A stretch of 64,000 nt of DNA from contig JBCCHT010000046.1 in NCBI GenBank assembly GCA_039028615.1, positions 1 through 64,000 of the forward strand. Direction: 5' to 3'. The notes below the pieces were generated by a model. It saw only the letters and a program-made list of their open reading frames with translations. It was not told the DNA's origin and searched no databases. Each line of letters starts with the position of its first letter. Position 1 is the stretch's first letter. This stretch comes from Myxococcota bacterium. Its GTDB lineage: Bacteria; Myxococcota_A; Polyangia; Nannocystales; Nannocystaceae. Made by a program: the position numbers and the translations under genes. Shown piece after piece: positions 39,652-48,670 of this stretch.

Positions 39652-40149
39652 ATGAGTATCGCCGACCTCTTGCATTCGTTGGTCGAGGGCGGGCACCTGT
39701 CGCTGGCTGTGCTGGCGGCATTCCCCCTCGTGATCGGGTTGATCGCTTGGATCTTGGACAAGCGGGGGCAGGAGCGTGTGTCTCAGCTGGTGGCGAACTC
39801 GGGGATCGCGGTCGCGGTGATGTCGGTCGTGGTGCTGGTCTGCGCGCTCATCTGGAGCTCGAGCCACGGGATCAGCATGGTCGACATCGATCTGCTGTGG
39901 ATGCTGGCGCCGGTCTACTTGTTGATCGCGAGCTTCTTCGTGGAGAATTGGATTCACCCCGGAAAGCAGGACGCGATCCGCGGGCAGATTCGCGGGGTGG
40001 TGCTGATCATCATCGTCTTGGGGGTGCTCTATTGGGTGCTCTCGAAGATGCAGATCTGGATGTTGGTGCACACCGGGCTGCTGGGGTTGTTGATGTTCAT
40101 CGCCGCCTTGGTGGGCATCCTCTACTTCCTCGTTCGCAAGGTCCTGTAG
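39652..40149 (+). CDS. Integral membrane protein, hypothetical
   Basis: About five hydrophobic helices. A TGcTAAGCT box lies 8 nt before the ATG. Confidence 0.75.
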   Translation: MSIADLLHSLVEGGHLSLAVLAAFPLVIGLIAWILDKRGQERVSQLVANSGIAVAVMSVVVLVCALIWSSSHGISMVDIDLLWMLAPVYLLIASFFVENWIHPGKQDAIRGQIRGVVLIIIVLGVLYWVLSKMQIWMLVHTGLLGLLMFIAALVGILYFLVRKVL

Positions 40150-40162
40150 CGAGGGCTCGCCG

Positions 40163-40537
40163 ATGTTCGACCACGTCGTATTCGGCGTCCGCGACTACGC
40201 CGTGAGCAAGGCGTTCTTCCTCGAGGCCCTCGCCCCGCTGGGTGTCGAGGTCGTGTCCGAGGGTCCGCTGGGCGTCGAGATTTGCCGCCCGAACGACGAG
40301 ACCTCGCTGTGCATTCGCAGAGTGCCGGAGCCCGAACCGGCGCACCTTCACCTGGCCTTCACCGCCGAAAATCGCCAGCAGGTGGACGCGTTCCATCGGG
40401 CGGCCCTGGCCGCGGGGGGCGAGGACAACGGCGCGCCCGGCCTACGCCCGCAGTATCACGCGCACTACTACGCCGCCTTCGTCATCGGTCCCGACGGGCA
40501 CAACGTCGAAGTGGTGTGTCATCGACCCGAGGATTGA
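40163..40537 (+). CDS. VOC/glyoxalase family protein
   Basis: Motifs FDHV..GV.D...SK.F, HLAF.A, AL.AGG.DNGAPG.RP.YH..YYAAFV..PDGHNVEVVC. Confidence 0.93.
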   Translation: MFDHVVFGVRDYAVSKAFFLEALAPLGVEVVSEGPLGVEICRPNDETSLCIRRVPEPEPAHLHLAFTAENRQQVDAFHRAALAAGGEDNGAPGLRPQYHAHYYAAFVIGPDGHNVEVVCHRPED

Positions 40538-40556
40538 GGCGAGGCGCCCGGACCCC

Positions 40557-41795
40557 TCAGAGGGCATCTTCGGTCAGCTCGCCGGGCACGTCCTCCCGCG
40601 CCACCCGATCCGTCTCGAGGTATGTCGCGATCGCGCCCGCCACCACCTTGGCGATCAGCTGCGCCCGCTTCTTCGCCTCCGCCTTGGCCGGTCGCGGCGT
40701 CCCGTGCTTGGGATCGATGTCGCAGAGCAGATCCTTGCGAATCTCCAGCGCCAGTGAGCTCGGCCGGTTCGGCGCCCGCCGATAGTCGTCTCGCACCCGC
40801 CCATCCGCCAGGTAGTCGCGAATGGTTCGATAGGCCACCTCGGCCTGCCGAAAGAGCGTCTCGTGCTCGACCCCAGCGCGACGCAGCCGATGCAGGTGCC
40901 CCCGCAGCGCCTCGGGCAGCGCATCCCTCAGGTTGGTATTGAGCAACATCCTCCACACCAAGCTGTAGGCCTCGTCTCCGGCGGTCTGCGGCCGCTCTTG
41001 CTCGAAGCGCTGCCGAACGTAGGTGAAGAAGTACCAGACCTGGGCCCGCACCTCGACGCTGCCTTCGGGCAGGGCATAGGGATGATTGCTCATGACCCGA
41101 AACCCGGTGCGCTCGAGGTTGAGCGACACGCGGTCTCGCAAGATGCGGTTGCAGGTCGACTCTCCCAGCAGGTCGGGATAGATGGGGTCGAACACGCCGT
41201 AGGGCATCTTCGCTTCGCGCTGATACCCGGCGGGGATGTTCACCAGGCTCAGCTGCGGCCGCGACGTATTGGTCGGGTTGAGCTCGTCGTAGGTATGCAC
41301 GCCCAGCACGATCAGGCGATCGCTGAAGTGGGCCTCCACGCCATCGCTGATCCCGTCGTAGAGGTTGAGCACCTCCATCTTCTGCGAGTGGCTCAGCGCC
41401 TCGGCGAAGGGGGAGTTGATGGCCAGGCGGTCGAGCGGATCGCGGCAGCTGGGCGGGGTGCTGCCCGGGAAGCGGTTGAAGTCGAGCAGCGCCCGCGCGA
41501 TGCGAACCCGCCCGTAGTGGGGCAGCCCCAGGGCGATGGCGATCTGCTTGGCCACGAGGTTGGCGCCCCAGTCACGCTCTCGCACGTGCGCCCGGTCGAG
41601 GACGTCGAGCGGCACGATGGGGCGGCCCTGCTCGTCCTCCCGGAACTCGCGGGGGATGATGTCGCCGTCGTGCACGGTGTGGATGAAGACCTTGGAGCGA
41701 TAGGTCTCGGGCAGGATGTGGGTCTCGGCGTCCGGGACCGGCACCAGCTCGAAGGGAGCCCCGCTGGGGCGATCGAAATCGAAGTGTTCGGTCAT
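40557..41795 (-). CDS. N-formylglutamate amidohydrolase-like Zn hydrolase
   Basis: Motifs HTVHDG..IP, RDWGA..VA, RALLDFNR, VHTY, NHPY and LEIRKD. ATG at 41795 overlaps the upstream stop. Confidence 0.65.
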   Translation of the reverse strand: MTEHFDFDRPSGAPFELVPVPDAETHILPETYRSKVFIHTVHDGDIIPREFREDEQGRPIVPLDVLDRAHVRERDWGANLVAKQIAIALGLPHYGRVRIARALLDFNRFPGSTPPSCRDPLDRLAINSPFAEALSHSQKMEVLNLYDGISDGVEAHFSDRLIVLGVHTYDELNPTNTSRPQLSLVNIPAGYQREAKMPYGVFDPIYPDLLGESTCNRILRDRVSLNLERTGFRVMSNHPYALPEGSVEVRAQVWYFFTYVRQRFEQERPQTAGDEAYSLVWRMLLNTNLRDALPEALRGHLHRLRRAGVEHETLFRQAEVAYRTIRDYLADGRVRDDYRRAPNRPSSLALEIRKDLLCDIDPKHGTPRPAKAEAKKRAQLIAKVVAGAIATYLETDRVAREDVPGELTEDAL

Positions 41796-42616
41796 GGTCG
41801 GTCGTCGCGATGAGGCGAAGAGGAGGAGCGCGCGTGGGAGCGGCCGCGGTGCTGCGCGAAGGCGGACTTGAAGCCGAACCACAGCGGGACGACCACGAGC
41901 ACGCCGAAGACCATGAGCCAGGCGTAGTCGAGGCCGCGGCCGTGCAGCTGCCGGACGCCGAAGGCCCCCGCGAGGCCGAGGCCCAAGAACACCCACGGGA
42001 GCTCGCCCCACGCCAGGCGCTGGCGCCCGCGCAGGATGGCCACGAAGGGCAGCAGCGAGGTGCTGCGCAGGAACTCGGCGTGGCTGTCTCCGCGCGCCGC
42101 GAGCAGCTTGCGGTCTTGGAGGATGGCGCCCACCAGGGCCAGGACGCCGAACCCGGCGAACAGGACGACCCCGATGCGATGGCGGGCCACGGCGACGTGC
42201 CCGAGGCAGTACAGCAGCAGGCCGACGAAGAAGGGATGCCGGGTGATCTGCTCCAGGCCCCGCGCTGGTCGGGTGGTCCGGCCGAACACCACGGTGGAGG
42301 AGGCGAGATAGCCGGAGGGCGCCACGATGGCGGTCATCAGGACCATGCCGAAGACCATGGCCACCAGGGCGGGCCAGCGGACCCAGGCGATGCCCTCGAG
42401 CCCGAAGCCGGGCGGGCCCTCGCTGCCGTGCGCGCCGTAGTAGCCGAGCAGCGCTCCCAGGCCGATCCAGGCCGAGATCCCCACGATCACCGCGTGACGC
42501 ACCGAGCCCAACCGATCGACGATCATCGTGCGTACGGGCGGGCTCGCGAGCACCAGGTGCGTCACGACGAAGGCGGCGATCAGGACCGCCATGGTGGAGA
42601 CCGGAGGCTCGAGCAT
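41792..42616 (-). CDS. NnrU-family membrane protein
   Basis: Motifs FV.THL.L...PVR, G...ITRHP, G...QDRK and F...TS.LPF.AI..GRQ, with multiple TM helices. Confidence 0.8.
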   Translation of the reverse strand: MLEPPVSTMAVLIAAFVVTHLVLASPPVRTMIVDRLGSVRHAVIVGISAWIGLGALLGYYGAHGSEGPPGFGLEGIAWVRWPALVAMVFGMVLMTAIVAPSGYLASSTVVFGRTTRPARGLEQITRHPFFVGLLLYCLGHVAVARHRIGVVLFAGFGVLALVGAILQDRKLLAARGDSHAEFLRSTSLLPFVAILRGRQRLAWGELPWVFLGLGLAGAFGVRQLHGRGLDYAWLMVFGVLVVVPLWFGFKSAFAQHRGRSHARSSSSPHRDDRP

Positions 42617-42634
42617 GCCCTCGCGCGTGCTTCC

Positions 42635-43189
42635 TCAGGTGCGGCGGAGCCCCCGGAACCAGTTGGACAGCGTCGCCTCGACGCCCTCGCCCTCGAGGCG
42701 CTCGATCGCGTCTTTCATCTCCTCGACCTTCTTGCCCTCGGGGTCGAGCACCACGAACAGCGGGTAGGTGCCCTTGGTGGTGTCCCAGCGCTGGCGCAGA
42801 TCGTCGAACTCGTTCATGCGCGTGACCGCCTCCCAGTCCTCCTCGACGAACTCGAGGATGCGGACGTGGTCGATGTCTTGGGCGGGGTGGAGGTTGCCGA
42901 GCTCGAGCTCGAGACGGCGGCATCGCTCGCACCAGTTGGCGGAGAAGAGCACGGCGATCTGCTTGTCCTGGCCCTTGGCCTTGACGCGCATGCGCTCGAA
43001 CATGTCGGCCAGGGGCTCGCCGTCGACGGGCCGGAGGCGTCGCAGGTCGTAGCCGACCTTCTTGGGCTTCGCGGCGGCGGCCGAAGCCGGCTCACTGTTG
43101 GCGGGCTTGCCCTCGTCGTTGCCACACCCGAGCCCGAGCACTGCACTCAAGGCCGCACCCAGCGCCACGCTGCTGCCATGGAACCGCAT
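42635..43189 (-). CDS. Thioredoxin-fold lipoprotein
   Basis: Lipobox LGLGC, F.A.WCERC, and YP.FVVLD..G. Confidence 0.8.
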   Translation of the reverse strand: MRFHGSSVALGAALSAVLGLGCGNDEGKPANSEPASAAAAKPKKVGYDLRRLRPVDGEPLADMFERMRVKAKGQDKQIAVLFSANWCERCRRLELELGNLHPAQDIDHVRILEFVEEDWEAVTRMNEFDDLRQRWDTTKGTYPLFVVLDPEGKKVEEMKDAIERLEGEGVEATLSNWFRGLRRT

Positions 43190-43251
43190 AGTCCGTTCGT
43201 TGTGTCGCGTTCGCTCGGGCGCGGTCAAGGCTTGGCCTCCCGGTTGCTGGC

Positions 43252-43824
43252 GTGGCCCGGGATGGCCAAGCTGGCTGCGTCGTGCTCGGGCTTCCCACGA
43301 CCACCCACGCCCAGATTCGCCCCGCGACGCGGGACGATCTGTTGGCGCTGGCCGCGATCCGACGTCGCAGCTGGCAGGCGACCTACGAGGGCGTCGTGCC
43401 CGACGCGGTGCTGCGCGGCATGAATGACCAGCGGACGGCGCGGACCATGGTGCGAGGCATCCGGGCCCGCACCGAGGCATTGCTCGTGGCCGAAAGCCCC
43501 GACGGCACCCGCCTCGGCTACGCTTGGGTGGGCCCGCACCGCGACGGCCTGCCCGGTCACCACGGGGAGATCTACGAGCTTTATCTCGACCCCGACACGC
43601 AGGGGCAGGGGATCGGCCGGCAGCTTTTGGTGGCGGCCATCTGGGCCTTGGTCGAGCGCGGCCTCCAGCCGGTGGTGGTCTGGGTCCTCGCGGCCAACCC
43701 GGCGCGGCAGTTTTACGAAGCGTGCGGAGGCGAGCCCATCGCTCGCGGTTGGGTGAAGGTGGGCGGCCGGCAGCTCCCCCGCCTGGCCCTGAGCTGGCGG
43801 GGCGGCCTGCCGCTCCCTCGCTGA
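43252..43824 (+). CDS. GNAT-family N-acetyltransferase
   Basis: Motifs IRPA..DD, SW..TY.G..P, EIY.LYL.P..QGQGIGR.L and WVL..NPAR.FYE..GG. Start uncertain. Confidence 0.88.
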   Translation: MARDGQAGCVVLGLPTTTHAQIRPATRDDLLALAAIRRRSWQATYEGVVPDAVLRGMNDQRTARTMVRGIRARTEALLVAESPDGTRLGYAWVGPHRDGLPGHHGEIYELYLDPDTQGQGIGRQLLVAAIWALVERGLQPVVVWVLAANPARQFYEACGGEPIARGWVKVGGRQLPRLALSWRGGLPLPR

Positions 43825-43841
43825 GTCCCTTCGAACCAATG

Positions 43842-43872
43842 CAAAAGCGCCGCACGAAGGCGGCGCTTTTTG
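43842..43872. terminator. Bidirectional intrinsic terminator between the GNAT gene and rpsP
   Basis: AAAAGCGCCGC-acgaag-GCGGCGCTTTTT, with A/T tracts on both sides. Confidence 0.85.
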
Positions 43873-43888
43873 GACAGACCCGAAGTTT

Positions 43889-44158
43889 TCAGCCGGCGGC
43901 CTGAGTGACCGCGGGAGCGGGATCAGGGTGGCGCCGAAGGAGGCGCGCGACCGTGTCGGTCGGGAGAGCGCCAACACCCAGCCAGTACGCCACGCGGCTG
44001 TGGTTCAGCTCGACGGTGGAGGGATCGGTGTTGGGGTTGTACGTGCCGAGCTTCTCGAGGAAGCGACCGTCTCGCGGGGAGCGAGTGTCGGTGGCGACGA
44101 TACGGTAGAAGGGGCGCTTCTTGGTGCCCGAGCGGGCAAGCCTGATCTTCACGGCCAT
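43889..44158 (-). CDS. rpsP: 30S ribosomal protein S16
   Basis: [38 protein letters not shown]...YWL.VGA.PTDTV. Confidence 0.98.
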   Translation of the reverse strand: MAVKIRLARSGTKKRPFYRIVATDTRSPRDGRFLEKLGTYNPNTDPSTVELNHSRVAYWLGVGALPTDTVARLLRRHPDPAPAVTQAAG

Positions 44159-44194
44159 GGCGTTACAAATCCTCGGTCTGTCCGAAGGAGCGGG

Positions 44195-44223
44195 AAGCTA
44201 GCGGCCGAGGGCCGGCCCGTCAA
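44195..44223 (-). promoter_or_regulatory. Sigma70-type promoter of rpsP
   Basis: TTGACG (44223-44218) - 17 nt - TAGCTT (44200-44195), about 36 nt before the ATG. Confidence 0.75.
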
Positions 44224-44337
44224 GCGGCTTGCGGTATGCAGTGGATCGCGCAATTTTCCGACCTGGCCATGGTAGCTCCCACCGCGTCTCGCCCGTCGAT
44301 GCCTTCCTCATCCGCCCGTCGCCGACGATCGGCGTGG

Positions 44338-46074
44338 ATGCGTGCCGCGACGCTCGCCGCGGCGGGCCTCGTGATCCCCGCGTGTTGGAGCAACTCCACC
44401 GGCGGCAAGGGCAAGCCCGCCGAGAGTGCCGACGGCCCGAGCCCCAGCCCGACCGAGGCGGCGGAGCGCGTGGAGCTCGATCTGTTCGTATTTGGCCGCG
44501 TGCGAGGCACCATCGCCCCCTGCGGCTGTACGACCGAGCCGCTGGGGGGTCTGCAGTACGCGTTCGGATACATCGAGTCGCACTCGTCGCCGGGCGCCCG
44601 ACTGGTGGTCGAGCCCGGGTCCTTCCTCTATCCCGCGCCCGACACCCCGGAGTGGCCGGTCGATGACCAGGGCTGGACGCAAGCGCAGGAGCGAGCCGAG
44701 GCGCTGCACGGCCGCTTCACCGCGCTGGGCGATGCGCTGGTCAGCGGGATCGGCCCCATCGACGTGCGATCGCCCACGGGTCCGGCCGCGTTGAAGACGC
44801 TGGCCATGCCGCGTGTGATCGCCAACCTGGCCGGTCCGGTGGCGGGGATCGGCGCCCCGGTGTCGCACCGGATGGTGCCGCTGAGCTCGGGCGGCACGAA
44901 ACTGCAGGTGGGGGTGACCGGCGTGGTCGACCCCCAGCTGGCCGAGGCCAAGCGCCTGGGGCAGCTGGCCGACCCCATCGCGGCCCTTCGCAACGAGGTC
45001 CAGGCCATGCGCGCGGCGGGAGCCGGCTTGACGATGGCGCTGGCCCACGGCAACCGGGCCTTTGCCGAGCAGATCGCCCGCGAGGTCGACGGCCTCGACA
45101 TCGTGGTGGTGGGCGTGGTCGACGGCACCGAGCGGCAGCGCCTGGGCGAGCCCACGGGGCAGCTGGGCGACACCCGCATCGTCGAGCCGGGCGAGCAGCT
45201 GCAGAGCATCACCCACCTGAAGCTCTCGGTGGCGCCGGGCCAGTCGGTGGTGCCGCGGGCCGAGGCCTGGGTCGTGCAGCAGCCGACCGCGGTGCTCGAG
45301 CAAGAGCTGGCCCGGGTGCAGGCGCGGCTCGACAAGTTCAAGGCCGACCCGAGCGCGGACGCGTCGTTCATCGCGCGGCTCGAAGGCGAGGTCGCCACCC
45401 TGAACAAGCAGCTTTCGGGGGAACTCGAGGGCCCGGTGGTGGCGGTCTTCGATCAGGTGAAGATCACCTGCCGGCTGCCCGCCGACGACGTCGCCAAAAA
45501 AGAGCTGTCCGACTACAACGCCTGGGTCGCGAAGCAGAACGAGGCCTTCTACGCTGACGTCGAGGCCCCGCCCGCGTCCGAGGGCGTGTCCGGCTACTCG
45601 GGCCTGGAAGAGTGCGACACCTGCCACGAAGAGGCGGTGGAGTTCTGGCGCACGACCCGGCACGCGGGCGCCTACCAGACCCTGGTGAACACCAACCAGC
45701 AGTTCGACCTCGCCTGCGTCGGCTGTCACGTGACCGGCTTCCGCAAGCCCGGCGGCAGCGAGGTGGTGAAAAACGCGGGGCTGCGCGACATCCAGTGCGA
45801 GGTCTGTCACGGCCCCGGCACCTTCCACGTCGACGAGCCCGAGGCCGCCAAGGGAGGCGCGCAGCACATCAGCCTGCTCGCGCCCGAGTCCGTGTGCGGC
45901 GAGTGCCACACCCCCGAGCACTCCGATACCTTCGACTACGAGGCCTATATGCGCGATGTGCTGGGCAAGGGGCACGGGCAAGAGGCGCGGGCCAAGCTGG
46001 GCGACGGACCGACCGGTCGCGAGCTGCGAGCGGCCGGGTTCGCCAAGGCGGGCGGTGCCTGCAAGAAGATGTGA
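44338..46074 (+). CDS. Lipoprotein: UshA/5'-nucleotidase-like N-terminal domain (CGC motif) + tetraheme cytochrome c (c554-like)
   Basis: Lipobox LVIPAC, G.IAPCGC....LGGL, and four CXXCH motifs (CDTCH, CVGCH, CEVCH, CGECH). Start uncertain (44236-44338). Confidence 0.82.
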   Translation: MRAATLAAAGLVIPACWSNSTGGKGKPAESADGPSPSPTEAAERVELDLFVFGRVRGTIAPCGCTTEPLGGLQYAFGYIESHSSPGARLVVEPGSFLYPAPDTPEWPVDDQGWTQAQERAEALHGRFTALGDALVSGIGPIDVRSPTGPAALKTLAMPRVIANLAGPVAGIGAPVSHRMVPLSSGGTKLQVGVTGVVDPQLAEAKRLGQLADPIAALRNEVQAMRAAGAGLTMALAHGNRAFAEQIAREVDGLDIVVVGVVDGTERQRLGEPTGQLGDTRIVEPGEQLQSITHLKLSVAPGQSVVPRAEAWVVQQPTAVLEQELARVQARLDKFKADPSADASFIARLEGEVATLNKQLSGELEGPVVAVFDQVKITCRLPADDVAKKELSDYNAWVAKQNEAFYADVEAPPASEGVSGYSGLEECDTCHEEAVEFWRTTRHAGAYQTLVNTNQQFDLACVGCHVTGFRKPGGSEVVKNAGLRDIQCEVCHGPGTFHVDEPEAAKGGAQHISLLAPESVCGECHTPEHSDTFDYEAYMRDVLGKGHGQEARAKLGDGPTGRELRAAGFAKAGGACKKM

Positions 46075-46134
46075 GCGGCGGTTCGCACGCAGGGCTGGCC
46101 TCGGGCCCCTCTTCGATGCCACAACGGGGCTTCG

Positions 46135-47547
46135 ATGAGCGCCGCCAGCCCACCCGCCTCGGACCCGCGCAAGGTCTACTTCGTCTCGCTGGGCTGCCCC
46201 AAAAACCAGGTCGACACCGAGGTGATGCTCGGCGTCGTGGAGGGGGGTGGGCACGAGCTGGTGACCGACGTCGAAGACGCCGACACCCTGGTGGTCAACA
46301 CCTGTGGCTTCATCGACGCGGCCAAGGAGGAGTCGATCGACACCATCCTCGAGCTGGCCGCGGCCAAGAAGGAAGCGGGCGAGCCCAAGACGCTCGTGGT
46401 CGCCGGGTGCCTCAGCCAGCGCTACCCCGAGGAGCTGGCCAAGGAGATGCCCGAGGTCGACCACTTCCTCGGCTCTGCCGATCAGCTCGGGCTGTCGAAG
46501 GTGCTGTCCGGCCGCGCGCCTCGCATGGGCGTCAGCGCGCTGGGTAAGCGTGCCTATCTGTACGACCACACCACGCCGCGGCAGATCACGGGCACGCGCC
46601 ACAGTGTGTACGTCAAGATCGCCGAGGGCTGCGATAGGCCCTGTGGCTTCTGCATCATTCCCAAGCTCCGCGGGGCGCAGCGCAGCCGCAGCGTGTTCTC
46701 GGTGGTCGAGGAAGTGCACGCCCTGGTCGAGCACGGCGCTCGCGAGGTGTGCCTGGTCGCCCAGGACCTGACCCTGTACGGCAAGGACCTGTCGCCCAAG
46801 GCCAACCTCGAGCAGCTGCTCGACGCGCTGGTCCAGATCGACGGCCTACGGTGGATCCGGCTGCACTACGCCTATCCCACCGCGGTCACCGACGGCCTCA
46901 TCGAGCGCATCGCGGGGCAGCCCAAGGTCGCGACCTACCTCGACGTGCCCATGCAGCACTTCGACACCGAGGTGCTCAAGAAGATGCGCCGGGGCTACGG
47001 CGAGAAGCACGTGCGTGGCCTGGTCGAGCGCCTTCGCGATCCGGCCTTGGTCGGCGACGCGCACGTGTGGCTGCGGACCACGATGTTGGTGGGGCACCCG
47101 GGCGAGAGCGAAGAGGCCTACCGTCGGCTCTACGACTTCGTGGCCGAAGGCCAGCTCGATCACCTGGGCGTGTTTCCGTGGTCCCGCGAAGAGGGCACCA
47201 CCTCGGCGATGCAGCCCGGTCGCGTGGACGAAGCGATCGCGCAGGAGCGGGCGGCCGAGCTCATGGCCTTGCAGGCGGAGATCCGCACGCGCAAGCACGC
47301 CGAGCTGGTGGGCCAGACCCTCGACGTCATGGTCGAAGGCCCCAGCGAGGAGTCCGAGTACCTGCTCGCCGGGCGCCACGAGGGCCAGGCCCCCGAGATC
47401 GACGGCAGTCTGGTGCTGACCAACGGCGAGGCGGAGCGGGGTCAGATTGTCCCGGCCAAGATCGTCCAGGCCAGCGCGCACGACCTGGTGGCTTCGCTCG
47501 ACCTCGACGCCGAGGTCGAGAGCGACGGCGATCTCGCCCTCGATTGA
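46135..47547 (+). CDS. rimO: Ribosomal protein S12 methylthiotransferase
   Basis: SLGCPKN.VD.E.M, NTCGFI..AK.ESI, radical-SAM KIAEGCDRPCGFCIIP, WIRLHYAYP, and TRAM-domain APEIDG. Confidence 0.96.
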   Translation: MSAASPPASDPRKVYFVSLGCPKNQVDTEVMLGVVEGGGHELVTDVEDADTLVVNTCGFIDAAKEESIDTILELAAAKKEAGEPKTLVVAGCLSQRYPEELAKEMPEVDHFLGSADQLGLSKVLSGRAPRMGVSALGKRAYLYDHTTPRQITGTRHSVYVKIAEGCDRPCGFCIIPKLRGAQRSRSVFSVVEEVHALVEHGAREVCLVAQDLTLYGKDLSPKANLEQLLDALVQIDGLRWIRLHYAYPTAVTDGLIERIAGQPKVATYLDVPMQHFDTEVLKKMRRGYGEKHVRGLVERLRDPALVGDAHVWLRTTMLVGHPGESEEAYRRLYDFVAEGQLDHLGVFPWSREEGTTSAMQPGRVDEAIAQERAAELMALQAEIRTRKHAELVGQTLDVMVEGPSEESEYLLAGRHEGQAPEIDGSLVLTNGEAERGQIVPAKIVQASAHDLVASLDLDAEVESDGDLALD

Positions 47548-47802
47548 CCCATCCGGTCCACGGGTCGGAATTGCGATCGGTGGCGGCGCCTGAGCGCATC
47601 CGGCGACGTCGTTCGTTCGTACGGCTTCACCTCATCCCGTGAAGGTGGACCAACCTGGGTTTGTCGTGCGATTGCAGGGTGATGCCACGGTCGGTCCTTT
47701 GCTCGGGGGTCGCGCATGTGGGATATTCGCGAACACCGGCTCTTCCCCCCTCTCCGCACTGCGCGCCAGTCGCATCTCTCCTCCCTCTGGAGCCATTAAA
47801 CG

Positions 47803-48048
47803 ATGTCATCCGTATCTCTCAAGGACCTGGTCGAGTATTTGGCCAAGGCGCTCGTCGACGAACCCACCGAGGTCGAGGTCGCCGAGATTGCCGGCGAGCA
47901 AACCGTCGTACTCGAACTTCGCGTCGCCAAGGGCGACCTGGGCAAGGTCATCGGCAAACAAGGGCGCACGGTCAAAGCCATGCGCGCCATCTTGTCGGCG
48001 GCGTCGTCCAAGGTCCGCAAGCGCGCCGATCTCGAGATCCTCGAGTAA
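47803..48048 (+). CDS. khpA: KH-domain RNA-binding protein
   Basis: [14 protein letters not shown]...[21 protein letters not shown]. Lies upstream of rimM. Confidence 0.93.
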   Translation: MSSVSLKDLVEYLAKALVDEPTEVEVAEIAGEQTVVLELRVAKGDLGKVIGKQGRTVKAMRAILSAASSKVRKRADLEILE

Positions 48049-48073
48049 GGGCCGCAGCCCGCATCGAGCGGCG

Positions 48074-48670
48074 ATGACCGAAAAAACTCGAGACTCTTCC
48101 TCGGAGCGACCCGATGGTCCGCCCCTGGAGGTCGGCTATGTCGCTGGCTCTCACGGGGTGCGGGGCACGGTCCGCGTGCACCTGCACGACGCCGACTCCA
48201 CCGCGCTCAACGCCGGTCGCGTCATCCAGCTCCACCGTGACGGCACGCCCGAAGGGCAGTTCGAGATCGTCAGCGTGACCGCGGTGCCCGGCAAGGCCAA
48301 CCGCAAGCGCGTGGTGCTGAGCGGCATCGACGATCGCGACGCCGCCGACGCCCTCAAGGGCACCACCGTAAAAATTTCCCGCGCCGAGCTCGAGCCCCTG
48401 GCCGACGGCGAGTTCTATCTCGTCGACGCCATCGGCGTGCCCGTGCAGCGCGAGCGCGACGGCCAGGTGCAGGCGCTCGGCAAGGTCACGGGCATCACCA
48501 CCAACGGCGCCCAGGACCTGTTCGAGGTGCGCTGGCGGGCCCCCAGCGGTGCCGCCCGGCAGTGGCTGCTGCCCGTGATTCCGCAGTTCGTCCTCGACCA
48601 GGGCGCCGACCGAATCCTCGTCGACGTCCCGCTGGGCTTTCTGCCCGACGAGCTGGAGAACGACAGTTGA
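48074..48670 (+). CDS. rimM: Ribosome maturation factor RimM
   Basis: Motifs VG.V..SHGVRG.V, GIDDRD.A.ALKG, EFY..D.IG, GAQDL and LLP.I.QFV. Lies between khpA and trmD. Confidence 0.92.
   Translation: MTEKTRDSSSERPDGPPLEVGYVAGSHGVRGTVRVHLHDADSTALNAGRVIQLHRDGTPEGQFEIVSVTAVPGKANRKRVVLSGIDDRDAADALKGTTVKISRAELEPLADGEFYLVDAIGVPVQRERDGQVQALGKVTGITTNGAQDLFEVRWRAPSGAARQWLLPVIPQFVLDQGADRILVDVPLGFLPDELENDS

Noticed and set aside
44521..44529. Possible selenocysteine in the UshA-like domain
   Set aside because: The codons are TGC GGC TGT (Cys-Gly-Cys). There is no in-frame TGA.
47548..47802. rpsP-sized gap before khpA as a possible rpsP pseudogene
   Set aside because: No S16-like sequence is recognisable. 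It is more likely promoter or leader DNA.
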